A stretch of DNA of 64,000 nt from Chiloscyllium plagiosum (GCF_004010195.1 NC_057757.1:1488723-1552722); one strand, 5' to 3'; shown: positions 1-12,865, numbered from the stretch's first letter. Program-made: numbers and translations. Notes: generated by a model from the letters alone, not told the origin.

Positions 1-270
1 TATCTCTTTTTCCACCTATCCACTCCACCCTCTCCTCCCTGACCTATCACCTTCATCTCCTCCGCCACTCACCCATTGTACTCTATGCTACTTTCTCCCC
101 ACCCCCACCCTCCTCTAGCTTATCTCTCCACGCTTCAGGCTCACTGCCTTTATTCCTGATGCCCGAAACGTCGATTTCGAAGCTCCTTGGATGCTGCCTG
201 AACTGCTGTGCTCTTCCAGCACCATTAATCCAGAATCTAGTTTTCAGCATCTGCAGTCATTGTTTTTACC
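1..270 (+). mobile_element. Penelope-like element 3' end fragment
   Basis: CT-rich 3' region, partly deleted hammerhead core (ctgatg...cccgaaacgtcg, ~155-175) and the ...cagcatctgcagtc terminus shared with the 56-57 kb copy. Confidence 0.8.
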
Positions 271-271
271 C

Positions 272-3200
272 CATGTAAAATCACAGTGCTAGTCATTAAA
301 GAAAGGCACTGTGGGAAAAGATGTGGTAAAAGAAGCTAAGCCAGTGGCATTAGTGAAGGTAGTAAAGGAGACCCCAAGAAGAGCCGAGGAGCTGCATGAC
401 AGTGCACAGCCGAGGCAAGGGCTGTGTATGGAGTTCGTACCTGATCTTTGCAAAAAATTTGCCTCTGTGTTTAAAGTTTACTTAGAAAGAACAGGGGGAG
501 AAAGACAAGAAGTTATAATTTTGAAAGATACAGGATCTAACCAATCACTGATAGTATGGGATGAGCCAATATGCACTCTTTCTGATCTGTTACCCGAGAG
601 TGTGGCAATTTGTGGGACGGATGGATAGAAATTCAGTGCTTTACTATGTAAGATCAGGTTGGAGTGCCAACCCAAGACTGGGGAAGTAACAGTGGGAGTG
701 ATTGACAGAGTGTCAGTTCCAGGAATTCAGTTTGTTCTTGGGAATGATTTGATAGGATCGAAGGTGGGAGTGACACACCTTATTGTGGGGAAGCCCAAGG
801 AAGACCAAGAAACTGAGGAGTTAAAACAGAAATATTTTGGTATTTTTCCAGACTGTGTGGTAACCAGATCCCACTACCATAAGTTACATCACGAAGCGAA
901 AAGTAAACAGAAAAATTAAGGAGTTGAGGTTCAGTTATCAGATATCCTGTTTGATGTAATGGTGCAGGAAAACCTGCAAAGGTGAAGATCTTTGCTTGCA
1001 GCGGGTCCCTCAGTTCCATGATCAGTCAATAAACACACCTGTAAACGACTCTTTGTCAATCACACAATCAATCATTTATTCTATGATATGGCCCGAGTCG
1101 GTAGACTTTGATTAGCCCAGAAGTATGAATACTTCTAAACCATCAAAAGAATACGACGACCTTACAGAGTTTGCACAGGGTTTATATACATTGTTCATAG
1201 TCAGACATGGAGCATGATCACATAGTAACAATCAGTCAATACATGATATCACTTCATTGATAGTTGCTTGATCCAACAATATTAATTGGTAAATAACTTA
1301 GATCATAATAGTTTTATCGGTCTACTTCTGCATTCTAGTGGTTAGCTATTTATGTAGCTTTAGAGACGAGCTGCAGGTAGTCACGTAGGCGCAGGGAATC
1401 AGCTAGCCAAGTAGGCGCAGGGAACTACTTTGTCTCCAGCTGCAATTTATAATTAACCTTACTTCTGCATTTCGTTGGAATTATATCAATCTGCGGTTTC
1501 TTGTTTCTGTCTGGTTCAGTGCAATCTAATTTAGTAATGCAGAAGCCATTTTGTGCAGCTCCTTCAGCCATTTTGTCCTATCTCCCAGATGCCCATATCC
1601 TCACAGGAAGAGGGTCAGACAGAAGTGTTTAGCCCTGAGAGACTAAGAGACTTGCAGCAGCAAGACAAGACAATAAAAGATATATATGTGGATGTGTACT
1701 CAAAGAAGGAGGCAGAGAATATTCCAGAGGGTCATTATCTGAAAGACAGACTCCTAAGGCAGAAGTAGAGACCACAGCAGGTTAGTACAGAGGAGACATG
1801 GGACGAAGTGCACCAGATTGTGTTGCCAGTAGCATAGGACAGGAGATGTTACGGGTAGCACATGAAATACCTGTAGGAGGTCACCTCGTGGTACAAAAGA
1901 CTCAGAAACAAAAACCTTTTTATTGGCCTGGAATGCACAAGGATGTGGTTAACTTTGGCCAAATGTGGCATACATGCCAAATGGTAGGTAAGCCACAGGT
2001 GGTAATAAAACCAGCACCTTTGTTGCCAATTCCTACATTTGAAAAACCTTTCACGCGGGTTATAATTGATTGTGTAGGTCACCTCCCCAGAACTAAAAGT
2101 GAGAACTAGCACTTGGTAAACATAATGGACGTATCTACCAGATTTCCAGAGGCAATTCCATGAGGGAGTATCAAGGCAAAAGGGTAGTCGAGGAGTTAGT
2201 AGCTTACTTCACATGGTATGGGCTACCCAGAGAGATTCAGTTGGACCAAGGGTCAAATTTTACTGCTAGGCTGTTGAAGGAAGTTGTGGATAGCTTAGGT
2301 ATACAGCACTTTAAATCCAGTGTGTATCATCCTGAATCCTAAGGAGTTTTAGAAAGGTGGCATCTTGAAGACCATGTTGAGAGCATACTATGAAGATTAC
2401 CCAAATGATTGGGATAAAAGTATTCCTTTTGGACTGTTTGCCATTGGAGATGCCTCAAATGAATCTACTCAGTTCACTCCCTTCGAGTTAATATTTGGGC
2501 ATGAAGTGAGAGGCCCTTTGAAATTAACTAAAGAAAAATTAACAGGACCAAAATCAGAGATCTCAGACTTAGACTATGTATCGGAGGTGAGGGAGAGATT
2601 AAATCAAGTAGGTGAGTTAGCTAAACAGCACCCAAAGAGGGCACAGTATAGAATAAAGTAGGTAGCAGATAAAAGCTCTGATGCTCAGTCGTTTTCCCGA
2701 GGGAATGACATATTCATACTGTCACCAGTGATAGGAATCCCTTCAAAGCCAGGTTTAGTGGTCCCTATCAAATTGAGAAAAAGTTGAGTCAGGTGAACTA
2801 TCTAATATCAGGTAGGTCATGTGATCATGCTGAAACCACATTATACTAGAAAGAACAAGAGAAACAGTGTTAATTACTGCTCCGCAGAGCGAGGAATTAA
2901 ATCCAGATTATGTGGATTTTCATGTGCCTCAAAACAGATTAAAAAATGAAGACATCCTTGAGGAGTGGGATAGGTTAGTGAGCTATCTGTCTCAGGAGCA
3001 TAGAATGCAGTTGAAAGATCTGTTACCGCAGTATAAGGACATATGTAAGAATCAGATGGGGAGGACTAATGCTATTGCACATGAAATAGACGTAGGGAAT
3101 ACTGCTCCAATAAAACAACACTTTTCGGCTTAATCCTTTCAAAGCCAGAAAAGTCCAGATGGAGGTGGAGGCCATGCTTGACGAGGACATCATCGAACCA

Positions 3201-4195
3201 AGCCAGAGCGAGTGGAGTTCGACGATCGTCTTAGTTCCCAAACTGGACAGGACTCAACGATTCTGCGTGGATTATTGGAAGATCAATGCCATTACAAAAT
3301 CGGAATCATATCCAATTCCTAGAGTGGAGGACTGTATTGAGAAAGTCAGACAAGCCAGTTACATCACCAAGTTGGACTTAATGCATGATTACTGGTTAGT
3401 ACCTTTATCAGAATCTGCGAAATAATTTTCTGCATTTGTAACCCCAAATGGGCTATATCCAGTTAAAGTGATCCCCTTTGGCATAAAAGAATGCACCTGC
3501 CACATTCCAAAGACTCATGCAGAGAGTTATGGCTAGGTCAACAAACTGCGCAATCTATTTGGATGATGTGGTGATGTTAAGTAAGTCCTGGAAAGATCAC
3601 ATGGTACAGTTGGCAGAGCTCTTTGAACAACTACGAGAAGCAAAATTGGTGATAAACTTAAATAAAATTGAATTCGCAAAAGCAGAAGTGACGTTCTTGG
3701 GACGTAACATCATTCATAGAAGGTTGACCCCATGGAATGCAAAGACGAAGGCCATCGAGGAATTTCCATGACCAATCTTGAAGGAAGAGGTGCTTTGATT
3801 CTTTGGACTCAGCATATTGTATCTGAAGTTTGGAACAAACTTCAGCAGTGTAGTGGCATCGTTAGTCGATTTGCTGAAGAAGAACACAAAGTTTCAGTGG
3901 ACAGAACCATGCCAGGAGGCATTCGACTTTTTGAAATCAACTTTAACCACCAAACCAATTTTAGCTCCACCAAAATTTTCAAAACCTTTTAAAGTTGTCA
4001 TTGAGGCTAGTGACATAGGAGCTGGAGCTGTACTCCAACAGGAAGATGAGGATGGGATTGAACTGCCAGTTGGTTACTTTTCGAAGAATATTAGGCTATT
4101 TCGTTGGAGACTTATGTCACAGAATTTTAATTTAAAAATCGTACATGTTGCAGGTCGCCAGAATTTAATCACAGAAGCGTTATCACACATTTAAC
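272..4195 (+). mobile_element. Decayed Gmr1-like Ty3/Gypsy retrotransposon pol (order PR-IN-RT-RH)
   Basis: Protease ILKDTGSNQSL (~520); integrase HHCC region HEIPVGGHL..FYWPGM..HTCQ (~1860-1980) and core IIDCVG / IQLDQGSNF (2050-2350). RT WSSTIVLVPK..RFCVDY, AIYLDDV (3160-3770); RNase H KPFKVVIEASDIGAGAVL (~3990). Many stops and frameshifts; no 3' LTR. Confidence 0.9.
983..1603 (-). mobile_element. Solo LTR of an ERV family related to the 44.7 kb provirus
   Basis: Minus strand reads TGAGGAT...AGATCTTCA, the same termini as the ERV LTR. TATA-like (~1185) and AATAAA (~1075) on minus; near-TSD aagg/cagg; interrupts the Gmr1 pol. Confidence 0.8.
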
Positions 4196-4269
4196 TAATA
4201 AAGTTTAGATGAGACTTGTATTTATAAAATGTTTTATATATATATATATATAGTTATTTGGGAAGAAAA

Positions 4270-4395
4270 TAATGCATTTTAGTGAATTCAAATTCCACCA
4301 TCTGCCACAGAAAGATTCAAACCTTGGTCCCCAGAACAGTGCCAGGGTCTCTGGATTAACAGTCCAAAGATCCTACCACTAGGCCATTGGCACCC
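4270..4395 (-). mobile_element. tRNA-derived SINE head fragment
   Basis: Minus strand shows A-box-like tggcctagtggtagg and B-box-like ggtttgaatc followed by ggtggaatttgaattc. Confidence 0.5.
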
Positions 4396-4559
4396 CCACT
4401 TTTATTTTACGTTGGCAAAATCATTGCTGGAATCATTGGGTATAAACTCTGAACTTTGTACTGCGTTGAACCAGCAATTTGCGGTGAATAAATTAATGAT
4501 ACTTCAAATGAAATAAGACCATTGTTACCACTTAGAAAACAAAAACAGAACCGCGAACC

Positions 4560-5220
4560 TCTCAGCATGTTCCATCAGTCGCGGCCCGATTTTTCCCGCT
4601 CTTCGCTTTGACCGTTGGGCTTTGAAATCTCCAGCGGTCCCGGCCACCGCCGCCCGATCCGCCAATCACAACTCTCCATCTCCCCTCCCCTCCCCCTCCC
4701 GCCGTCTCGTCCCTTCTCACTTTTTCAATCCTGCCCACATCCACCGCACGTGCTGCCTGATTCACCAATCAAAGTACGTCTTTTCCCGCCCCGGGGAATT
4801 TTCCGTTGCGGTTTGAAATCTCGACCACGCCCAGCGCTCGTGCTGTCTGATCCGCCAATCGCGGCGCGTCCTTTTTTTCCCGCCTTTCCCGAACTCTTCG
4901 CGCTCTTGGTCCGTTGACGGATGTTTTAAGAGCCTCCGATGGAATTGGTATCTCTATCCTTTTCGCTCCGCAGCGGGGTGATTGTCTGGGGTGATTGTCT
5001 CTTTGTATTTCAGCCTCGTCCTTTTTTTTCCCACGACACATAACCAAATTCGATTAGAAATGGAGAGTCCGAGTTGTGGGTGGAAACGCGGGAAAGTTTT
5101 AATTTCCCGTCGCTTTCGCGACAAACAAGAAAGAAAGCATAAGAAATGGTCAAAGAGAGAGCTAAGGAAAGGAAGGTCGCAGGGTGAAGAGGCTCGAGAT
5201 CGGTTTTCTTTCGAAGACTG
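4560..5220. promoter_or_regulatory. CpG island promoter with duplicated E2F/MYB/CHR/CCAAT module (cell-cycle type)
   Basis: Strongest CpG-rich non-repeat stretch in the window. TTTTCCCGC at 4591, 4781, 4875; CCGTTG at 4612, 4803, 4911; TTTGAA at 4621, 4812; CCAAT at 4662, 4765, 4855; CACGTG at 4747. Confidence 0.75.
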
Positions 5221-6584
5221 TGAGAAACAAAGCTCACACATTTCAATAATTTCAGTCCCAAGACAAAATCTGAATCAGTAGTGTCATTTATTTTACTCTT
5301 GCAAGAGGGTGTGATGTCCACTATCTACAAGGCAAGGGACACACACACTGAATTCAACTAATACACACGATTTATATAATTTTTTATTTCATTGCTCCTC
5401 CCCTGTTTACATCTTCCACTTCCCTAAGACCAGCACCCATTACTCTTGTTTATCTCTTGCCTTATCCGGCTTTGTCTGGCCTCACAAGGCCGTTTGACCT
5501 CATCCTGCTGTGGGTCATTGTTAGGCATATCCTTTCTTCACTCATTCCATCTGTGACTTCCCCTACCATACTGATCTTTATGACCCTTTTAATTGGGGTT
5601 TGTTCCTGTGTTTCCGTAAAAGTGGGAAACAGATGTTTATACCTACTGTTTGTACAGGCATATCTAGCTTAACTTCCTCCCCTCGCAGCATCTTATCTAT
5701 TCGTCTGTAATATCTACCATTGTTTTGTAGTCACGTTTCATTCTTGCATACAATTTTAGCTAATACAAAAACAATTATGTATTTCCTCCACATAGTTTCC
5801 ATTCTTGTTGACTCAGCTCTTGGCTGAAACAATTACACCGGTGTGAGTTCAATTACTTTGTATAAGTAATTATAATTACAGAAGTAACACTACTTTACCT
5901 ATATCCCACAAGACTAAACCAAGGTTGATTTACACTGAATGCAGGGTTAAGTATGCCGAGAGGTGAATGTCCGGCAATAAATTGTGATGAGAACTCCAGG
6001 CGTGACTGAGAAGCGGTGTGTATCTCATGAACCTCACTTGACAGTGGGATCAGCTTCTAGCGAAGGTGAAATCGAGTGAGATAAGATAGGGGAAATAGGC
6101 TTGGGCCTTGTGACAAGTCATTTTCAGGTGGAAATAAACACTGATGATTTGGGTCGACTAGGCCGAAACCTGGAACTGCCTGAAACTTGTGTCAAAGTTT
6201 CCAAAGTCCGACGTAGAAATGGTATAAATGAGCGTCAAAGGAACAATGCTTAACGATTTGAGGAAGTTTTCTGAGGTAAGGTAAGAAAATCTCATTTACA
6301 GGAATGCGTGTGGCGACAATTCTATTGTAGGTTAAAAAATAATTCTAGCATTTAAACCCTGACCCCCAATCCTGAACATTAGCCAGACCAGTATTTTTTT
6401 CTTTTAACTCGAAACTGAGCCCAGAGAGCTGATTTTATAACCCCAGTTGCCAACTATTTAATCCCAATCTTGGAATACAATCCAACTGAACCCTAATGTT
6501 AATTGCAGCCACTCAACTCAACCAAGTGCTTTAACCCTGAAGCACAACCCCAATCACAAAGTAAATCCCAACAATTCAATGATT

Positions 6585-6770
6585 GAATGAATGTTTTTAA
6601 AGCTAAGATAGATAATTTTTTGAACAGTAAAGGAATTAAAGATTATGGTGAGAGGGTGGGTAAGTGGAGCGGAGGCCATGAAAATATCAGCCATGATCTT
6701 ATTGAGTGGCAGAGCAGATTCGAAGGGCCAGATGGCCTACCCCTCCTACGTCCTACGTTTTTATATTCGT
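6585..6770 (+). mobile_element. CR1 LINE 3' end fragment
   Basis: NVFKAKIDNFL..KGIKDYG ORF2 terminus plus typical 3' UTR. Confidence 0.75.
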
Positions 6771-7968
6771 AAGACTGTAGTACTTATGCTAGCTGAGTAA
6801 ATAAGGTCATTAATATTTTCCTACAATTGTGTACGTTCCTCCAGATGGCTGAGTCAACTTTAGCTCAGACAGCAACCTTCTACCAGGCTGGCATGGTCTG
6901 TTGTTATGGCTTTCACTAGTAGTCTTTTGGGAAAAGGAAGACGTGTGTTTCACCAACGTGTCCAGCAGGACTCTGTCTGCAAAGCAGGGCGTCGATTTCC
7001 TCCTGTCTGCAATGTCTGGGGCAAATGTAGGGAACTCTGTTGGGCAGTTTCAGACTGACTGTCAGTCTGTGTTCACGACAAGCTTTCAAGGTTGGTGTGG
7101 CTGCAAACAACGCTGATGAATTTCAGGACATCCAGTGAGTGACATGATAAGATGGGACCAGAATTGAACACGAGAGATGCTGTAGGGATGTGGTACGTAC
7201 TTAATGTAATGCATTTGGTTAGATGTGCAAGAAAACTCACCAAGCCTTATGATTGTGGAACTGCCCTGAGTTTCTTAACTATCATTCATCCATTGAGCAA
7301 CACCAACCAAAAAAAGGACCATCTTCGTATCCCTAACTTAGAATATAATTTTTTAATCTCACCTTGAAAGATGTTCCCATCTTGCTTCTCCCCATTTGAC
7401 TATTTTGTACTGCCTTACTTTTCATTGGAAACCTCATGACTAGGCACAATCTTTAGCTCATTCTTAATCACCAAACCTTATGTTGTAATATGATTGGATT
7501 GTTCAGGTCTTGTATTGTAGCTTGCTGGAACATTATTCTTGAGTGTAAGGTTCTGTACCACACAAACAGTTGCCATGGATCATATTTTATTGGAAGAAAT
7601 CTTTGAACTGGCATATTGCAGCAAGGCTAATGTGCATTATTGAAAACTTAAATCCATTTTTGCACTATTCTGTTCCATTTGTTTAAATAAGAAATGTTGC
7701 TCAACAATGTGAGGGATGTTGTACTGTGTCAAACTCCTCTGCGCTGTGCCGTCAAACACTCCCAAGGCAGGTACATAACTCAACAGATGTAAATCTGTCA
7801 GTACCCTGTCCCATTGAACACTTTCAGGACAGATGTAACACCAGCTAAATGCAAAGTAAAGCTTAAACATTGTAATTTTAATCTGCCAGCTTCACAATAA
7901 TTCTCACAAGTTCCAGAAGCCCTGTTACCCATTCATGAAAAGGAGCTGGGAAACAAAGCTCAGACAAT

Positions 7969-8305
7969 GGGCGGCACGGTGGCACGTGGGCGGCACGGTG
8001 GCACAGCGGTTAGCACTGCTGCCTCACAGCGCCAGAGACCCGGGTTCAATTCCCGCCTCAGGCGACTGACTGTGTGGAGTTTGCACGTTCTCCCCGTGTC
8101 TGCGTGGGTTTCCTCCGGGTGCTCCGGTTTCCTCCCACAGTCCAAAAATGTGCAGGGTCAGGTGAATTGGCCATACTAAATTGCCCGTAGTGTTAGGTAA
8201 GGGGTAAATGTAGGGGTATGGGTGGGTTTCGCTTCGGCGGGTCGGTGTGGACTTGTTGGGCCGAAGGGCCTGTTTCCACACTGTAATCTAATCTAATCTA
8301 ATCTA
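7969..8305 (+). mobile_element. HE1-like V-SINE, full length
   Basis: tRNA head (ggcacggtggcacagcggttagcactgc..gggttcaattccc) with a duplicated 5' 19-mer, V-domain (gtttgcacgttctccccgtgtctgcgtggg), CR1-like tail and (taatc)n. Confidence 0.9.
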
Positions 8306-8884
8306 AAAAAATTAACTACATTGACTGTACAATTAATTCAATTCTAACCTTAACCAGAAATATCTTCTTAACAATTTGGCCAAAATTATTTACATGATTC
8401 AGAACTGCATTATGTTGTCCAGAGACTGACAAGGCTTCTTCATCCTCTGGAATCTCAGTGTACCATATCTCTTCACTTCTCCATCCAAACCTAACCATAG
8501 ATTTGTGTGGATGAATTATAGGGACAAGAGGTGACTCTTTATGTGATCCCACCTACCCCACAAGATGGAGCTTCAGAAATACAAAACTGAAGTCTTTGTT
8601 CACAAGGACCTCTAGCAATCCTTTCTGTGTGCCTTGGAGAATATTTCTCCACCATAGGTGCACCTGAACCTTTTATGTGATCAGTGGACACTACAAGGAA
8701 AGATATGACCAAACTATTAAAGTTAGAAAATTCAGTCATAAAAATTGAATTTTACATTAACTGTGTTCCTTTAAATGTGGGCTCAGAATGATATAGAGCT
8801 TTACAGCACAGAAACAAACCATTTGACTAAACAGGTGAAGGCTAGATGATCTTAACTCCAATTTAGTTCACCTTCTCCTGCGTT

Positions 8885-8890
8885 TTTATT
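8885..8890 (-). terminator. Candidate polyadenylation signal of the mucin gene
   Basis: AATAAA on the minus strand about 200 nt after the stop codon. Confidence 0.55.
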
Positions 8891-9087
8891 TATGTCAATG
8901 GAACAACCTGGAATCCAGTATCTCCTAATCATTTACATTCCTAATTATTTAAATTATGCAATGCACAACAATGAAGTTTGCATGAAGAAAAGCATAATCA
9001 CCTTGATAAATCTCCTATCGATCTTACATCAAAACACAAAGTGATGTGAAGTGTATATACAAACAGTAAAACAGCAACGTGAACACA

Positions 9088-9141
9088 TTATAAATGAGAA
9101 GCAGTGTTATAGACATTCATCTGTGGCCTCTGGATTTTCAC
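9088..9141 (-). CDS. MUC3/MUC17-like: Transmembrane mucin, last coding exon
   Basis: Strong acceptor gtctttcttttgcag|, phase 0. Translates VKIQRPQMNVYNTASHL*; the IQRPQ end is characteristic of MUC3/12/17 tails, and S-H-L is a class I PDZ-binding-type terminus. Confidence 0.9.
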   Translation of the reverse strand: MKIQRPQMNVYNTASHL

Positions 9142-9212
9142 CTGCAAAAGAAAGACATAAATATTTTATTTCTTTCTCTATGTAAACTTGTACTTTATAC
9201 TCAAGTTCAAAT

Positions 9213-9425
9213 AGGGGTGGCACAGTGGCTCAGTGATTAGCACTGCTGCCTCACAGCGCCAGGGACCTGGGTTTGATTCCAGCCTCAGACGGCTGTCAGT
9301 ATGGAGTTTACACATTCTCCCCGAGTGTGCATGGGTTTCCTCCCACAATCCAAAGATGTGCAGGTTAGGTGAATTGGACATGATAAATTGCCCATTGTGT
9401 TAAGGGATGTGTAGGTGAGCTGCGT
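9213..9425 (+). mobile_element. HE1-like V-SINE, 3' truncated
   Basis: Same head and V-domain as 7969-8305. Confidence 0.8.
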
Positions 9426-11936
9426 CATAAGAACTAGGAGTGGAGTAGGCTGTCCCGCCCTTCAAGCTTGTTGAGCCACTCAATAAGATCATAGCTAGTC
9501 TCGTCGTGGACTCAGCTGCACTTACCCATGTTTTCACCATATCTCTTAATTCCTTTGTTTTTCAAAAAATTACCTACCTTAGCTTTAAAAGCAATTACTG
9601 AAGTAACGTCAACTATTTCCCTGGGCAAGGAATTCCATAGATTAACAACCCTTTGTGAGAAGAAGTTCCTTCTCAGTTCATCTAAACCTGCTTCCTTTAA
9701 TCTTCAGGCCATGCCCTCTTGTCGCAGTTTCACCTACCAGTGGAACCATCCTATCTATTTCTATTTTAATGATTCCCTTCATAATTTTATATGTATTGAT
9801 AAGATCTCCCCCCCATTCTTCTGAATTCCAATGAATATAATCACAATCTACTCAGCCTCTCCTCATTAACTAACCCCCTTAATGATTCCCTTCATAATTT
9901 TATATGTATTGATAAGATCTCCCCCCATTCTTCTGAATTCCAATGAATATAATCACAATCTACTCAGCCTCTCCTCATTAACTAACCCCCCCAACTCTGG
10001 AATCAACCTAGTGAACCTCCTCTGCACCTTCTCCAGCACAAGTACATCCTTTCTTAAGTAAGGAGACCAAATCTGCGCAGAGAACTCTAGGTGTGGCCTG
10101 ACCAGCACCTTGTACAGCTGTAACATTACCTCACTGCTTTTAAACTCAACCCCTTTAGCAATGAAGGACAAAATTCCATTTGCCTTCCTAATTACTTGTT
10201 GTACCTGCAGACCAACCTTCTGCGATTCATGCACAAGGACACCCAGGTCCCTCTGCACAGCAGCATGCTGCAATGTTTTACCATTCAAGTAATAATCTGT
10301 TTTACTGTTACCCCTACCAAAAAGTATGACTTCACATTTACTAACATTGTATTCCATCTGCCAGACCTTTGCCAACTCACTCAATATATCTATGTTCCTG
10401 TACAAAGTTTCGCAGTCCCCTGCACACTTTGCTCTGCCACGCATCTTCGTGTCATCGGCAAATTTTGACACCGTACGTGTGGTCCCCAATTCCAAATCAT
10501 CTATATAACTTACAAATAATTGTGGTCCCAACACCGATCCCTGAGGCACACCACTAGTCACTGATTTCCATCCAGGATCGCACTCATTTATCCCCACTCT
10601 TTGCTTTCCATCAGTCAACCAATCCTCTATCACGCTAATATTCTATCCCTAACACCATGCACCCTTATCTTATGCAGCAGCTTTATGTGTGGCACCTTGT
10701 CAAAGGCCTTTTGGAAATGTAGGTACACCACCTCCACTGGGTCCCCATTAGCCACCTTGCTTGAAATGTCTTCATAGAATTCCAAAAGTTTGTGAAGCAT
10801 GACCTGCCCTCATGAACCCATATGGTATCTGTACAATGGGACAATTTTTATTGAGATGCCTTGCTAGTTCTTCCTTGATAATAGACTCAAGCATCTTCCC
10901 CACTACAGATGTTATGCTCTCTGGTCAATAATTCCCCATGTTTTGTCTACTTTCCTTTTTCAACAGTGGTGTCACATTTGCTATTTACCAATCTGTTGGA
11001 ACTGCGTCAGAGTCCAGTGAATGTTGGAAAATTACCACCAGTCCATCTGCTATTTCTCCTGCCATTTCTTTTAGTACCCTGGGATGCATTCCATCAGGGC
11101 TAGGAGACTTATCTATCCTTAGATCCATTAGCTTACCCAACACTAGCTCTTTCGTAATAATGATTATTTCCAGGTCCTCGCCTACCTTCATCTCTTCGTC
11201 ACTTACTGGCACGTTATTAGTATCCTCCACTGTGAAGACCGATGCAAAGCACCTGTTCAATACGTCAGCCATTTCATCATATCCCATAACTAACTGCACT
11301 TTCTCATCCTCTAACGGACCAATATTTACTTCAGCCACTCTTTTTATATATAACTTTTGCTATCTGTCTTTATAATTCTGTGCTAGTTTTTTTCTCTTTG
11401 TGGCTTTCTGTTGACCTTTAAAGTTTTCCGAGTCTTCTAGATTCCTGCTATTTTTGGCCATTTTGAATGCTGTCTCTCTCACTTTGATAGCCTGCCTTAT
11501 TTCCTTAGACACGCATGGCAGATTATTGCTCCTTTTACAGATCTCCCTTCTCACCTGAATATACTTTTGCTGAGTACTTCGAAAAATTTCTTTGAAGGTC
11601 TTCCACTGCTCATCAACTGTCACATCATAAAGTCTCTGTTTCCAGTCTACTTTAGCCAGGTTCTCCCTCATTCTCTCATAGTCCCCCTTATTCAAGCACA
11701 AGACCCTGGTATTGGATTTTATCTTCACACTCTCCAGCTGTATTATAAATTCAACCATACTATCATCACTCCTTCCAAGAGCATCCCTGACTTTGAGGTC
11801 ATTAATTATTCCTGTCTCGTTACATAGGACCAGTTCTAGGATAGCTTACTCCCTCATTGGTTCCATTACATGGTGTTCAAGAAAATTATCATGGATAAAT
11901 TCAACGAATCCCTCCTCAAGGCTACCCTGACTGAGC
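9426..11936 (-). mobile_element. CR1 LINE, 5' truncated and decayed
   Basis: RT motifs SGVPQGSVLGP, SKFADDTK, LYKVLVRPHLE, KSPSPDGMHPRVLKE; 3' UTR at the low end. Confidence 0.92.
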
Positions 11937-12725
11937 TGTTATTTTCTATGAACCTCTCTATTAATTAAACCAAATACCCAGGGAAGTTCACCTCTCCTTT
12001 TAATCTGTTAAAATATGAGTGACAGAGAATTATTTAAAGAAAATAACATTGATTTATTGTTAAACTCAAAAGTGAACATTAAACAATTATTCACAACTCT
12101 AAGCCCCCTTTCGCTTAAGTGCTTATTATCTGCATATAATACTATAAGAATATGCTGTTCCAGTAAGACAGTTATTAAAATTACATCAATTTAATTTCAA
12201 AACCACACAGCTGCTGTCATGTCCTGTGTCTGTCTTCTTCTGCTGAAGATCTCTTTGGGTCGTCTTCTTTCTTTTTACTGCGAATATGTTTCACATGGAA
12301 AGGTACCTTTGATAGAGAGTGTTTCCCAATTTCTTGGAGAGCAAGATATTGGCTCTCCATTGTTTCTGCCCCTATGGCAGTTGCTCTCTGACCAATTTTC
12401 AAAAGGTCCGCATTGTGTTTCCCCCCCCACCCCCCCAACATTGGATGATCTCATTGGTTCAATATTGGCAAAACAATAAATTCAAATTTCATTGGATTTT
12501 AGTATTCTGGGACATAATTTAAACTCATTCCTTAAATTTCAATTGTTGTTAAAATAGCAACCAAAACTCAGGTATCCATCTCACAACCAAAGGTTACATA
12601 TTTTCAATTTTCCAGTGCACTCTGGAGCTTCCATCTAGTCATATCACAGGTCCTTGTCATCTCTCAGTTCAGAACTGCATTCATTCTCTCTTAAAGGTAC
12701 AGTACACGCCTTCAACTCCAAAACA
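11937..12725 (-). mobile_element. Solo LTR (same family as 30054-31369)
   Basis: TGTTA...AAACA termini; colinear similarity to 30054-31369 over its whole length; AATAAA on minus near 12055. Confidence 0.7.
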
Positions 12726-12865
12726 CAGTGAATTGGAGGACAGGGAATAACTGGGCTAGGGCATACAAATGTAATTAAATTCTCATTCATGAATTAAGCA
12801 CAGAATGTATGTTTTAAGTGTTTGTCATCAATTTTTTGATGTTGGATTGGGATAGACAAAATCAG

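Noticed and set aside
4562..5321. Cluster of overlapping 64-103 aa ORFs in the CpG island
   Set aside because: Expected from GC richness; no recognisable protein.
5290..5800. Possible solo LTR next to the CpG island
   Set aside because: No convincing termini or TSD and no second copy in the window.
6129..6276. Plus-strand exon-like segment ending in a gtaagg donor-like site
   Set aside because: The longest frame hits a stop before the donor and there is no homology; at most a non-coding exon.
7969..8060. tRNA gene-like A and B boxes
   Set aside because: SINE head continuing into a V-domain and LINE-derived tail; not a tRNA gene.
8558..8690. Open minus-strand segment with acceptor and donor-like ends
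   Set aside because: It lies past the mucin stop and poly(A) signal and gives no recognisable peptide.
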